Shown here: positions 21,101 through 32,800 of the stretch, piece after piece | Numbering within the stretch: position 1 is the first letter of the stretch | Layout of the letters: the number at the start of each line of letters is the position of its first letter | Source of the DNA: Rebecca billardiae RCC1528 | Taxonomy: Eukaryota > Protista > Haptophyta | Direction: 5' to 3' | DNA length: 64,000 bases | NCBI GenBank assembly: GCA_965240325.2 | Contig: OZ251226.1 | Coordinates: forward strand, 1,240,001 to 1,304,000 | The notes under the pieces: generated by a model | What the model saw: only the letters and a program-made list of their open reading frames with translations | What the model was told of the DNA's origin: nothing | The model's database searches: none | Translations under genes and position numbers: made by a program

Positions 21101-23808
21101 TCACCTTCGCCACGCGGCCGCCCAGTGGTGCGGCGGGCGCGATGACGGCTGCGACGTGCACGAACCTCACGGTCGGAGCCTTCGCCGCCGCCGTCAGCCG
21201 GCGTGAGGTTGCTGCGTGCGAGCTGCAGTCGCTGCAGTCAGCGCCGCGGGCCATTGCGCCCCCCGTCCAGCACGCCGCCCCCGCGCTCCACGACCCGCCG
21301 CCCAGCCCGGACGAGACGGACGCGTTGCCGCCCCGCCCGCGCCGGGACGTGGTCCCGACGTCCACGGACGTGCTCATGGGCGCCTCCGCGGTGTGCAGCG
21401 CGCTCGGCATCGGGCCATGCCATTGGGCGCCCGATGGCGACCCGCCCGGGCTCATGACGAACGCCGCGGCCATCGCGGAGGCGGCGCTCACGTACGTGCA
21501 GTCGAACTACGACGTGATTGGGGGCACGGCGGCGTCGGCGGACCTGCTGCACACGCTCCACCAGATCATGGTCGCCGGCCGCCCGCAGCGCTCGTTTGAC
21601 AGGCCTCTCCCCCGGCCGGGCGGTGGGACGCGCGTGCGCGTCGCAGGCGTCGTCGGCGAGCTGCCCGTCCATGAACAAGAGCTGATGCTCGCCTCGAAGC
21701 ACACGTGCGTCGCGGCGGCCATCGCGTGCGCCTCGGCGCTCGTGCTGCGCGTCAAGGCGGCACACCTGCGATACGACGCCCTCGCCGACGTCAGCGTGGG
21801 CGATGGTGCGTCCTTCGAGGCGGCGGACTACCTCACCAAGGTGCGCATCGTCAGCGCACGGCTCGTCGCGCCCGAGCGGAAGAAGCGGCTCACCTTCGAG
21901 CTCCTCGCCGTCTCCGAGGATAACGCCGGTGCTTACGACCGCGTGCTTAACGCCGACACGAGCTCGCGGGCACTCCACCGGGACGAGGTGCTCGAGTTCA
22001 CCTACGTGCCTTCGAAGACGCGCTCGTGGAAGTCGACGGAGGCGCTGTCAACGCACAGCCGCGCGGCGGCCGGCGACGACGCCGACGCCGGCAACTTCGG
22101 CACGCTGTTCTTCGTCCCGCACATGCGCGACCCCGTGAAGGCAGCCGCCCTGGCGCGCCCGCCGCCTGCCGGGACGCCACCTGCCGCGCCGCCCGTGGGT
22201 GCGATTGTGGACTTTCGCCCCTTGTGCATCAGCGTGTGGGCTGACATCGTCCCGTTCTGCCAGGATCGGCTCTGGACGCACCCGGCGGACCCAGTCACCG
22301 GCAAAAGCAGCGGCGTGGACGCGCCGAAGATGTACGCCGCCGCGCTCCACAGGCGCGCGCCCTCGCTGGCGCGGCACGTACAGGCGGCGCCAGCGCGCAA
22401 GCGTCGCCTGAACGAACGCGGCGCCGACGCGGGCGGCGCGGGCGGCGGCGCCGGTGGGCGTGTGGTGGCGCGCCGGCCGGTCGGCGACCCGGGCCGCGTC
22501 GCCGTCACACGGCCATCCGCCGTCGCGCGCGCACCCGGGCCACCCGAACAGGCGACGCGCATGTGCACCGAGCTCGCTGCGGCCCACGCCCAGCTCGCTG
22601 AGATGGTGCACGGCATCCCCAACGCAATGGCACACGCGATCGGACAACTCGCTGCGAACGACGCCAAGCGCCAGAAGGACTACGAGGCCTGGCGCGCGGC
22701 GGACGAGGATCGGCGCCGGCAGGAGCGCGCGGCGGACGAGGCCTGGCGCCAGCAGGAGCGCGCGGAGGCGGCGCGCCGACGCGACGAGGATCGCGCGGCC
22801 GCAATGAAACGTGACGAGATCGCGAGCGCGATGGTGGCGTCTATGCAGGCGTTGACGCAGTTCATGATGGACCGCAGCGCAGGTGGCGCACAGCCCGGCC
22901 CGCACGCGTCGGCGCACGCGGCGTGCGTCCAGCTGCCAACAGGCGAAGCACCGCACGGCGCGCACGCCCCGGCTGCGGGCCCGTCGGTGAGCGCTGCGTC
23001 CGCTGCGCCCACGTCGCGCGCACCCACGGCACGGCGTGGCGCGCCGCCGCCGGTCGCATTCGGCCAGCGCGCGCGGCGCCGAGTGCCGCCCCCTGACTCG
23101 CGTGTGCCCGCCAGGCCGCTGCACTGTCGCTCCGTGCGCCGGCCGCGCAGGCCGACGAAGCCCCCGCGGGCCAGCCCCCGCCGGCCGCGCAGTAGACGCC
23201 GACCCACAAGGGCGCGTCCTGACGTGCCCACGCGCCGCCCACAGGTGCGCGCACACACCACATCGGGCGGCGCCAGCCGTGCGCACGCCGAGCGGCGTGT
23301 ACGCGCAGCCCTGGCTCAGTCGCGCCCGACCGCCCCCGTGCGCGCGCGCGCGTCGCGGTGGCGTGCACAGGCTGCGCGCCACCCGGGGCGGCCACGCGGG
23401 TGGCCGCCACCGCTGGCAGCATCTGGCCACGAGCTCGGCACCCGGGGTGCCGGCGGAGTGGCTCGTCGGAATCGCCGTGGCCTGAGCCCGATTCTCCGAG
23501 CACACGGCCACAGGCACCCCCCCGGCCAGCGCCTCTGCGCCACTCGCAGTGACGGCGCCACAAGGGCCTACGGCGGGGCCCGCCGAGAAGGTCTTAGCGA
23601 AGGTCTTAGCGGGATGCAAGCAGCGCCACGCGCGACAACACTGATACACGCCGCCGGGGGCCCACACTGTGCCGGCCCGTGCTATGTCGTCGTCAGCTCG
23701 GACGCAGGCCGGCCGGCCGGTGCCGAGTCGGCGCCTGTCGTTCTGTTAGCTGGCACCTGGCGTGCTCAGGCGGCGTGGTGCGCACTCAACGTACTCCTGC
23801 AAGGGTGA
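18103..23808 (+). CDS. transposon accessory gene (mudrB-position): possible Tudor/Agenet-like N-terminus, GAEQ and Pro/Ala repeats, unknown globular regions, coiled coil
   Basis: >6-kb open frame. Proposed ATG 18103 with in-frame intron 18126-18290 (GTACGC...CAG). NLS-like GKRRRF and RKRR; coiled coil ~22660-22860. The 3' end after ~23030 is uncertain (may be spliced). Confidence 0.65.
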   Translation: MPRTTLRGYACHARGRRARAAWSRAAHRARVCLRSRARRALAHVVTPCVLRRCAASCPRAARRPPPPAGTTPTATSFANGAAVDVVYEQGAPAVRAVVAALGVGAHGRVQTYVLRAAEGVSAHAWAAVPGDTVGASADGTVEGAGSLKRVPAAHVRAPPAGEQCAEQGQGAEQGAEQGALLGALLGAEPGAEQGKQAAEQGAEPGAEPGAEQGAEQGAQPGAGQGAGQGKQAAEQGAEPGAEQGAEQGKQGAQPGAGPGAEPGAEQGKQAAEQGAEPGAEQGAEQGAQPGAGQGAGPGAGPGAEQGKQGAEQGAEQGAEQGAQPGAGHGKQAAEQGTEPGAEQGAEQGAQPGAEQGAEQGADGRPARHGSTRVGGGSYAAQGIQQEAAGQRGAQGAAHHNGRGGVRTRAMRRQPPRAPPAEALPGVTSAPPAPPSAPTAVAGVTAAPAAPPAAAGGPATSDERAEPPRAPVATLAPAPAPPPAPTAVAGVTAAPAAPPSAAGGPATSDERAEPPRAPVETLAGATGVTAAAPAPPPAAAGGPATRAERAEPPRAPAEAPAAATGVTAAAPAPPAPAAAADGPAGVNSDDSGGAASGEVARAATASTATRAERAEPPRAPAEAPAAATGVTAAAPAPPAPAAAADGPAGVNSDDSGGAASGEVARAATASMGGAAAGAAGSHSHAPQQAPAAAQPGGGGHADDGGGVYGSGDGGSRELFAMSDVLQHVDHFFSGIFGKRRRFGGDTPAAPAQAHAHVLVRPSAVADADARTTKHGPQPNNGRLVPAILRFNRAFASRHLGGGGGTVRVVNVVCDATNNKHFGVLTDADAVRELCASGALYTRSEVDDAVREFYAGAAASVGGSVSELALRAAGEHFGVHGPLPYVLDADVRVALADAEADDDGVAGGDAPWVHRALALPSMRRSGQAVFGLPAVVAQAPSWCALVPTPLRAPAEQGTSPLLHAAVAVVDYRSVDTDDTDESEPVVGAHAYAIRFEKGWRLLTFATRPPSGAAGAMTAATCTNLTVGAFAAAVSRREVAACELQSLQSAPRAIAPPVQHAAPALHDPPPSPDETDALPPRPRRDVVPTSTDVLMGASAVCSALGIGPCHWAPDGDPPGLMTNAAAIAEAALTYVQSNYDVIGGTAASADLLHTLHQIMVAGRPQRSFDRPLPRPGGGTRVRVAGVVGELPVHEQELMLASKHTCVAAAIACASALVLRVKAAHLRYDALADVSVGDGASFEAADYLTKVRIVSARLVAPERKKRLTFELLAVSEDNAGAYDRVLNADTSSRALHRDEVLEFTYVPSKTRSWKSTEALSTHSRAAAGDDADAGNFGTLFFVPHMRDPVKAAALARPPPAGTPPAAPPVGAIVDFRPLCISVWADIVPFCQDRLWTHPADPVTGKSSGVDAPKMYAAALHRRAPSLARHVQAAPARKRRLNERGADAGGAGGGAGGRVVARRPVGDPGRVAVTRPSAVARAPGPPEQATRMCTELAAAHAQLAEMVHGIPNAMAHAIGQLAANDAKRQKDYEAWRAADEDRRRQERAADEAWRQQERAEAARRRDEDRAAAMKRDEIASAMVASMQALTQFMMDRSAGGAQPGPHASAHAACVQLPTGEAPHGAHAPAAGPSVSAASAAPTSRAPTARRGAPPPVAFGQRARRRVPPPDSRVPARPLHCRSVRRPRRPTKPPRASPRRPRSRRRPTRARPDVPTRRPQVRAHTTSGGASRAHAERRVRAALAQSRPTAPVRARASRWRAQAARHPGRPRGWPPPLAASGHELGTRGAGGVARRNRRGLSPILRAHGHRHPPGQRLCATRSDGATRAYGGARREGLSEGLSGMQAAPRATTLIHAAGGPHCAGPCYVVVSSDAGRPAGAESAPVVLLAGTWRAQAAWCALNVLLQG
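18594..19186 (+). repeat. coding minisatellite, 12-bp unit GGCGCCGAGCAG ([12 protein letters not shown] variants), ~50 units
   Basis: Read directly from sequence. Confidence 0.9.
19410..20109 (+). repeat. coding internal duplications (2 x ~120 bp and 2 x ~190 bp with 192-bp period)
   Basis: [15 protein letters not shown]...[12 protein letters not shown] occurs twice; [10 protein letters not shown]...[10 protein letters not shown] occurs at 19729 and 19921. Confidence 0.85.
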
Positions 23809-26800
23809 TGTAGCTCGCATGAAGTGCGCCAGACGCCCCTCGTTGTTGTCGCGCGCCGAACGCGCCTCCAGGGGCGCCGTCGCCGACACCACCGCGCCGA
23901 AGTGGCAACGGCCGTCGTACACCACGGCCATCCACGTCGTGCCCAACTGCGTGACGTCCAGACGCTGCAAGGCGCGCCGCGTGCGCTCGTCACGCAGGCG
24001 CAGGTGCGCATGCGTGCTCACTGCGACGCTGCCCTTGCGCCCGCCGTCGTCAGTCCGCCGCCAGCGAAGGCCCGGCCGCGTCTGCACGGGGTAGAACCAG
24101 ACGTTGTCGGTGAACGCGCGCCACGCCGCCTCCTCCGGCGTAGCCCCGCCGCGCAGCTCAAGGACCACCAGCGGCAGGCCCGTGGCGCGCGCCGTCGCGA
24201 CGTGCGAGCCCCACGCCGACCACGCACCAGCGCGCGCCGCATGCGCGCCAGCGCCGTCGCCCGTGTACCGGGCGCCGCGCGCGTACGCGCGCGCCGCTGC
24301 TCCCAGCGTCCGCACGCCTCCAGTATGTCGCAGTGGCAGTGGCAGCACCTCCTGCCAGTCCTCGTCCTGCACTTCGAGTCCTTGGCCGGTGCGGGCCCGG
24401 GGGATGGATGCTGGCTTGACGCCAAGCATGCCGAGCGCGCTTGCCGCCGACGCAGTGGCCGACGCCGTGCCGAGCGTCTCGCCCGGTCCGTGCTCGTCCT
24501 CCCACGACGCGATGTACGAGCACACGCCGTCGCGCAGCGTCTGCGCGCGCGCGTTGGCGGCGGGCAGGTCGGCCCGCACGCCACGCGTGTCGTGCGCGAG
24601 CCACGCGTGAAAGTAGCAGTCGCCATCGCCGGGAACGTCCTGCACGCTCGTGCCGCCGCCGAAGAGCTCGCGGATGGCCGCGGCGACGTTGCCGTCGCCA
24701 TCCACGCCGCCGGGTGCTCCGGTCTGTGCACCAGCCCGCGCCTCGGGCGGCAACGCCGGCGGCAGGGGCAGCACGGGGAAGCCCAGGCGCTCGAGCAGGA
24801 CCGCGGCGTCGTCCACCGGCGCGTGCACGTGTGCGGCGGCCGCCGGAGCCACCGCAGCCGGCGCAGCCCCGTGCCCGGCGGGCGCCGGCGCCGCCGCACC
24901 CGCGTCCACGGTGGCGTCCGTCGCCGCCGCGGCGCGCGGCGCGGCTGCGCCGCGTGGCGCGGCATCACCCGCCCGCTCCGCCGTCACGTCAGCGGCGGTC
25001 TCGCCCAAGGCCAGGCGCAGCCCCAAGCCCACGTCGCACCGCCATGCCCCGTCGGAGCCGTCGAGAGGGACCACCTCGGTGCCGAACGCGCTCGGGTCCA
25101 GCGCATCCACCTCGCACCCGCGCCGCCTGGACGCCAGCCTCACGTGCGCGTCCGCAGCCGGCTGGAACGCACTCCAGCGCGACGCCGGCAACACCCCGTG
25201 CGCGCGCGGGGTGGCCTGCGGCGCAACCACTGCGTAGAACTGCCGGCGAGGACACACGTTGCGCACGATGGCCACCCAGCCGGTGCCCATCGCCCCGACG
25301 TCGAGCGTGCGCAGGACGCGTGCGTGCGTCTCGCGTCCCAGGCTCAGGCGCGCTTCGCACAGCGGACGTGCGTCCGCGTGCGCGGCGCCTGCGTCGGGCG
25401 TGTCGGCGCGCCGGCGCTTCGCGCCGGCGCCCCCGCGAACGCGTGCCGCCGCCGGCGCCGGCGGCACGCGCACTGCCGCCGGAGGATACCACCGCACGTG
25501 CTCACGCATGGCGACGCCGTGCACGTCGCGACTTCGGCGTGCGCCGGCCATGTCGAAGACGAGGAGGTGCACGCCGGCGGCGCGAGCGACTGCCGCGTAC
25601 CACTCAGGGCCATCGCACGTGTTGCCCCGGCTGCTGACGTACCCGTCGCACGTGTACTCCGCCGCTCGCACTGCCAGCGTCACTGCGTCGTCCAGATCGC
25701 GCACGCGCTGGCCGGGGGTGTGCCACCACGACGACGAGTCGTCGGGGGCCACCATGCGCAGAGCCCGCAAACGCGCCTGCCCAGCTTCGTCGCCACCTGC
25801 GCTCTCCGGGGGAAGTGCGCGCACGTCAGCGTCGCACAAGCCGATGAAGCGCGCCTGCGCTCGCAGGTCCTCTGCCGACTCGGCCGGGCCCAGCGCGCCA
25901 CCCCAGCCGACGGAGTGCTCGGTGGGCGTGGCATGCGCGTGCGCGGCCAGCCACGACGCGGCCGCCGCGCGCAGGCGCCGCGCGCAGCACGTCCACCACA
26001 GGGCCTCAAGCGTGCTGGGCGGACGCGCCCGCGCGTGCGCGTGCGCGAGCACCGCGTGCAGCACGTCGTCACCGTCGGCTGGCACGGGCAACGGCTGTGC
26101 GGCGCCCGCGCCCCAGAGGTCGTCGAGCACTGCCTGGGCGCAGCAGAGCCGTAATCGGGCGAATTCGGCGTCGTGGTCGTCTGCGCCGGCGGCGGCGTCG
26201 GCGGCGTGGAACAGGCGCACCGGCGCGTGGCGGTCATCGCCCGCGGCGCGCGCTCCAGCGTCGCGCACCGGCAGACCAGTGCGCGCCAAGTGGGCGACCG
26301 CGTCGTCCGCGGTGGCGACGGCTGTGTCGTCCGCGGCACCAGACGTGCCACGCGCCGTCCCCAGCAGGTCGGCGCCTGCGCGCGTTGGGCCCGGCGTCGG
26401 CACCGCCCGCGCCGCCGACGATGGCCCCGCCGTGGACGCGCGGGCGCCCGCCGCCTGGCGCGAAGCCGGCGGCAGGCGCCCATCCGCGGCCGCACCGCCC
26501 GCGTCGTCGGCGGCGGCCGCAGTCCGAGGGCGCTTGGGCGCGCACGGCGCAGACGCGGCCCCCGCGCCCGCGCGGGAGGTGCCAGCCGCGGCGCCCGCCT
26601 GGACTGCGGCGCCTGCGCCCGCGCCGCCGCCGCCAGCCAGGACGTCCGCCAGGCCCGCCGCCGCCGCCGCGACGTCGTGTGCGCCTGCGTGCGCCCACAC
26701 GTGGGAGGCCGCGTTCGGAGCGGCGCCGCCCGAGCCCCTCGCGCCGCCACTGCCCTCGGCGGGCACGGCGGGCGACGCGTGCGCGCGCGCCAGCTCGGCG

Positions 26801-29800
26801 GGGGCGGCGGCGGCGCGCGCAAACTGTGCCAGCACCTTGCCCGTCGTCGCGCTGGACGCGCCGAATGCGTCACCGGCCGTCTCGCTGAGCGTGCGCCACG
26901 GTGCTGACAGGCCGCGACTGCACATGAACATGGCTGCCCTGCCCCGACCGATGCCAGGTATGCGCTGCAACGCCGCGAGCACTGCGGCGCTGTCGTCAGC
27001 GAGGCGCGCGTACGCCGACTCGGACTCCGCCGCCTCCGCCGGTGGCTCTGCCGCGCCCGCGCGCGCCCGAGGGACTCGCGCACCCGGTGGCGGTGGCGCG
27101 TGGGCGCCGGGCCACGGGGGGCGGAAGGGATGCTCTGTCGCCGCCAGCGGTACTGTGTCGCCCGTGGCCGGCAGCGGCTCCGCGGCGTGCGCGCGCGCGC
27201 GCGCGGCGGGCGTCGTGCCGGCGTCCGCGCCACTGCGCGGGCCCGTCGTGCCCTCAGGCGGTGCGGCCGGCCGCTGCGTGGCGGCGTTTGGCATCGGTGC
27301 CGTCGCGAAGCCCATGCGTACGCCGGTGCCGCCAAGTGCCTGCGAGGCGATCGCGCGCGCGCAGTGCCGGCGCGGGCCGCCGCGCGCGCCCGCGCCCGCC
27401 GCGGCGGCGCCGTCGCGCGTCTGGGCGGCCGCCGGCTGCGTGCGCCCGGGCGCGGGCGCCGCCGCGCCGCGGCCCCCGCGGCCGCCTGCGCGGCCCCCGC
27501 GCGCGCCTGCGGTGCGCGCGGGGTCGCCGCGCGCGGCCCCACCGCCGTGCTGTCCGCGCATACGGTGGTATGGCACGTCCTCCGGCCTCGCGCCGCGCGG
27601 CCCGTCGGGCGCCGCCGCCTCGCCCGCCGCGGCTGCGCGCGCTTCGCGCAGGCGCTTCCACGCCCCCGCGACGAGCAGGAAGTAGCAGCACGTGCACATG
27701 TACAGCCCGCTGTCCAGCGCGCCGAGGTGCCACACATACTTGCACTGCGCGGGCGAGTGGATGAAGCAGGCGCAGCCCTGGCACGCCAGTCGGGGGTCGA
27801 TCGGCGGCGAGTCCGCCGGCCACGCCGCGCTGAGGTCCGCGGCCTCGGGGTCGAAACACGCGCAGCAGCGCAGTTGCGCGGCGGCGGTCGTGCCGGCCGT
27901 GTACGTGGCAAAGTGGCGACGTCGCTGGTTCGCAACCACACCCTCGCGGAGCGGGCCGGCCACGCGCACGAGCACGTTAGTGTCGTCGAGCACGTGCGTG
28001 TGCGCGATGCCGTACAGGTGCTCCGGCAGCCCCTCGAGCACACGCGCGAGCTCGTCGCGGTGCGCTTCGCGCACGCGCCGGGCGAAGTCGCCGTCCGGGG
28101 CTTGCTCCCTCAAGGGGCGCACGTACGACGCCGCGGATTTGCCCAACTGCACGCGCGGCGCGCGCGCGCGCGGTGCGCGCGGGTGGCGCGCCCCGGCGCG
28201 GCCCTCCCAGAACGCCAGCCGTCGCGCCGAGGACGCGGGCCTGCCCACGCGCGCGGGCACCGCTGGCATGGCCACGTACTTTTCGAGCAGGGCGCGCTTG
28301 GCGAGAGCGGGCAGCAGCAGAGCCGCAATGGCGTCCTCCAGGCGCTGGGGCGGTGTGATGACGTCGAGCTTGGTGATGGCCACGACGCGCCCGAGCGTGT
28401 CCACCCGCGTGTCGTTGGCGTCGCGCTCGACCCGAAGGCCCACCTGCGCGAACCACGTCTCGCAGCGCAGGTCCTGGGGCAAGCACGTGCCCATGGCACG
28501 GCCGACGGAGGTCGCCACGCGGCAGAAGTGCATGCACGGCAGGCGCTTGCGGCGCAGCAACGCGCAGCACCGGAACTCGTCGAGGTACACGTGGCGCGGC
28601 GCCGAGCCGTCCGTGGTGTTGAGCATGCGCAGGGCACCTGCGTGCGGCCCGTCGAGGACACGGTGCACTTCCACCTGAGAGAGCGTGCGCGCCGTGCTCA
28701 CCTGCTGGCGCACGTATTCCAGGTGCCGTGGCGGCAACCCGTGCACCTCATCATCGGCGTCGGGCTTCAGGGCGTGGCGCACGGCGACGCTGCGGTGCGT
28801 CGCGTAGAGGCGAAAGAGGTTGTCGTGCAGGTCGAGCAGCATCCACACCGGGCCCTGCGCCTTGCGCACCGGCAGCAGCCAGTGCATGAAGGACTCCGCC
28901 GGCGCGGACGTCACGTAGCCGCGCAGGGACACCGGCGCGAAGCACGGGAAGAGCTCCTCGCGGGGGATGACGTCGAGGATGCGCTTGGCCGACTCTGGCA
29001 TCTCCACCCAGGCGGCCTCCCACACCTCCTCGGTCAACGCGTCCACGCACGCGTCGAACACGCGCAGGATGGTGGGCACCTCGTTCGCCGAGTGTGCGTA
29101 GCCCGTGATGAAGGTCTGGCGCTTGTGGAACGTGCACAGGAAGAGGTGCCTGCGCGGGCACAGCAGCTTCCACGCGCCGCGCAGGCCCTTCTGGCCGTCC
29201 GAGATGGTGACGCCGTTGGGGTCGTCCCACACAGCCGCCCCGCCGAGGTGCTGCATGAGGTATCCGACGTGCGCGCACCACGAGTCCAGGCACTCCACGT
29301 CGACGATGTACGACACGCACAAGACGAACAGCTGCCGGTTGGCGTTCACGGCCAGCGTGACGAAGAGCATGCCTGCGTCGCGCGCGTGCGTGCGCGCGGG
29401 CAGGTCAGACGGGCGGGCGCTGAGGCGGCACGGACGCACGCGGCGTCGCGAGGGCGTGCCCGGGTGCGGCGGGCGCGCGCACCCGCGCGCTTCGCGCCAC
29501 CGCTGGCGGGGCGGTGCAGGAAGCACGCGTCGCTGAACGCGGCCGTGTTGCCCTTCGCGTGAAAGTGCTCGCGGTAAAGCGCCTTGGCCTGCTTGGGCAC
29601 GTAGTGGAAGCCACCCACTGCCTTCTTGCCGCGCACGTCAGCCAGCGCCTTCTGCACCTCCGCCGCGTCGGGGTTGAAGGCCGCGCGCTGCGCGCCCGCC
29701 GGCAGCCCCTGCTGCACCTCGTCGTGCACGCGGCCGAACATGGCCAGCAGCGCGTCCTCGACCGAGTTCTCGTGGAAGATGATGGGCGCGACCTCGTTGC

Positions 29801-32800
29801 CCTCCTGCGACAGCGACGCGCACACGGCCACGAGGTCGCGCGACATGGCCGTGTCGTCCCCGTAGATCTCGGCGCGCGCTTCTTTGTGCGCTCGCGCGAT
29901 GAGCGATTCACCCATGGGGAGCTCTGCGTCCAGCTGGCGCGCGACCTCTCGTGCTTGCTGCGGGCCGTAGCACAGCTGCGCGTGCGTGGTCCCGCGCCGG
30001 GCCAAGCGCGCCTTCCAGTCCTCGACGATCGCCCGCCCGAGCTCGTGTTGGGAGTACGGCGTCGTGCGCACGCCCGGCTGGTTGGTCGGGCGCGGCAGCG
30101 AGCCGATGGGGTGTTCCTCGGACCCCTTGCCCATGCGCAGGTTGCGGCACATGGAGCCGTGCGCGACCGAGCGTTGCACGGCCCACGGCGGCGCGCCAAA
30201 CGTGTCCACGTACTTCGACGGGCCCACCACCACCACGGACGGGCACCCGGGCGTGGGGCATCCGATCGTCAGCTTGGCGCGGTCGACGCGCCGCGTCGGC
30301 GGCATGGCCCCCCGGTGCAGCGCGCACTCCGAGGCGTGCGTGAGCGCGTCGGCGAGGCGCGGGTACACCTGGCGCACCATCGGGGGCTCGAGCAGGGTGG
30401 CGTCCGCCTTCACCTGGGAGTACGGGCGCGGCGCCCGCAAGCCCATTTTCCTCCACAGTGCCAGGGGCCGGAGCTCGAGGCGGTGCGCTGCCGCCGACGT
30501 GCTCGCCGAGGTGCTCGACGGCGCGGAGTAGCGGAAGTACCCGGCGTCACCGCCGTGGTGCAGCGACTCCGGCGCAACAAGCCGGGCGCCGGCCTGGCCG
30601 GCGCGGGGCTCGGCGGGACCGGTGGAGGGCGGCTGCGCGCGAGCGACGATGGGTGGACACGGCATGAGGGCAGCCAGCGGGTCGCGCGCGCGAGCGGCGT
30701 CGCTGTCGGCGGACTCGTCCGCCTGCAGTGCCGCCTGCGCCGCGCGCGCGCGGGCGTCCGCGCAGTCGTCGTCCGCGATGCCCTCCTCCCAGTCGCGCAC
30801 GTCGATGGCGGCACTGGCGGGATCGGCGTCCGTGACGAGCGGCTCGCCGCGGGCGTCGGACTCGCCGACGCGCATCGTCGGCCAGTCCGCGCTCAGGGCG
30901 AACAGCGGCGCGTTGCCGCGGGCGGCCGCCGTCGTGTGCGTCCTATGGCCCACGGACGCGTCGACGAGGGGCACTCCACCGCGCGCCCATGCGGGCGCCG
31001 ACTTCTCCGTCGCCAACGCGTCGGCAAGGTGGCCACCGAGGTGGGCACGCTGGCCGGCGTGCAGGGCCAGGGCGAGGTCCCCGCCGGACAAGAGGCCACC
31101 TGCGTGCGGCAGCGCAGGGAGGGCCCTCAGCCGCGCGTCGTCGTCGTCATTGCCGCCGTCGCCACCGGAGGCGCCGCGCGGCTGCGGCGGCGCGCGCGAG
31201 GCGCAGCCGGGCGGCTGCGCGATCACCGCGCGCGCGCTGCTGCTGTCGAGGGGCGGCCCCGCCGGGTGGAGTGGCGGGCGCGCCGTCGCGGCGCACACAG
31301 CAGCGCCGGGCACCGTCACCGCGACGCAGGGCACGGCGTCGCCCGCAGCGCAGGGTGCGCCCGGCGCTGGCGTTGCCACGCGAGCGGGCGAAGAGTGCCC
31401 ATCGCCAGGCCGCGGCGACGCGGGCTCGTGCGCGCCCGGCGCGTCCGAGCTCGAGCTTTGGCGGGCGCCGGTGTGCCGCAGCGGGGCGGACGCTGCGTCG
31501 GGGCGACGCACGGCCGTGGGCGCGCGCGGCCTGACAGCCGGGTCGTCAACGCCATCGGCGCGTGGGGGCCGCGCGCCCTCGTCAAAGGGGGCGCCCACGT
31601 GCGCGCCCGTGCCGTGCGCGGCCGCGGCGGTGGGCGCGCGCCCACCGCCGTCGGCGTGAGGCGCGGGGTGGCCGCCCGCAAGCCCCACGACGTGGGGCAC
31701 GGCAGGCGCCGCTGCGCGCTCATGTGCGAGCTGCGCGCCGTCGGCAGCGCACACGGGCAGCGCCAGCTGCAGCGCCGACTGCGCCCAGGCCCGCTGCTCG
31801 TGGTCCGACGGCGCCTGCTGGCCGTGCGCCGCGGTCGGCAGGTCGACCACCAGGCGGGAGACGTACTCGTGGTGCGCAGGCGAGCCGAGCCGGAAGCGGG
31901 CGTCAGCGCCAGCGCGCGTGGGCTCAGCCCCCCAGCGCAGCCTGGTCTCAAACGAGTGCTGGAGCCCGCGCTCGAGGGCGGGCACGAGCCGATACGGCGT
32001 GGGAGGCGGGTCGGAGCGCGCCGCGCACGGCGTGGCGGCGGGGCGAGGCGCGCTCGGCGGCGGCGTGAACGAAGCGCGGAATGTGTCCGCGAGGCCCCGC
32101 CCCCCGAATGAGAACACAGCCTTCAGGACGAGCGCGTCCGCCGCACCCTGACGCGTAGGCCTCTTGCGCGAGGACGACGGCACGGACCCAGAGGACGCGG
32201 CGCGCGCACTGGGGGCCGAGCGGTGATGCCACATGGCGGGGAAGATGTGCACTGCACCTGCGCTTTCCTGCAGGGCAACGTCGCCGTGCAGCGGCACGGC
32301 GTCGGCGCGCGCACCGGGGGGGCGCGCGCCGACCGTCTGCAGCGGGAAGGGATTGGTGGGCACACTTTGCGGCAAGTGCAAGAGGACCACTGCCGTCCAC
32401 AGATGGTCCTCGTCGGTCGTGCCGTCGACGTGCCACCCGTACGTCGTGACGTCGCCGTCGTCGCACGTGCCGCGGCCCCCGTCGGGCGGACGCATCGGCC
32501 GCCCGAAGACATGCCAGGCCGTGAGGTCGAGCGCGTCGAGGCCGCGGACACCGTCAGAGGCGTCGCCGCGGAACAACGAGCTCACGACGCCCTTCAGCGC
32601 CGCCACCACGCGCTCAAAGGCGCGGCACCCCAGCACCGAGCGCGCAGAGGAGCCGTGGTCGCCCACCCCCCAGCGCCGCTGCGCGGCCGCCTCGCCGCCC
32701 GCGTCCGCGGACTGGTACGCGTGCACCGTGCGCAGGAGGCCGCCACCCTCATCCAGCAAGGGCATGGACGCATCGCCGTCCCCGCCGAGGCCTGCGTGCT

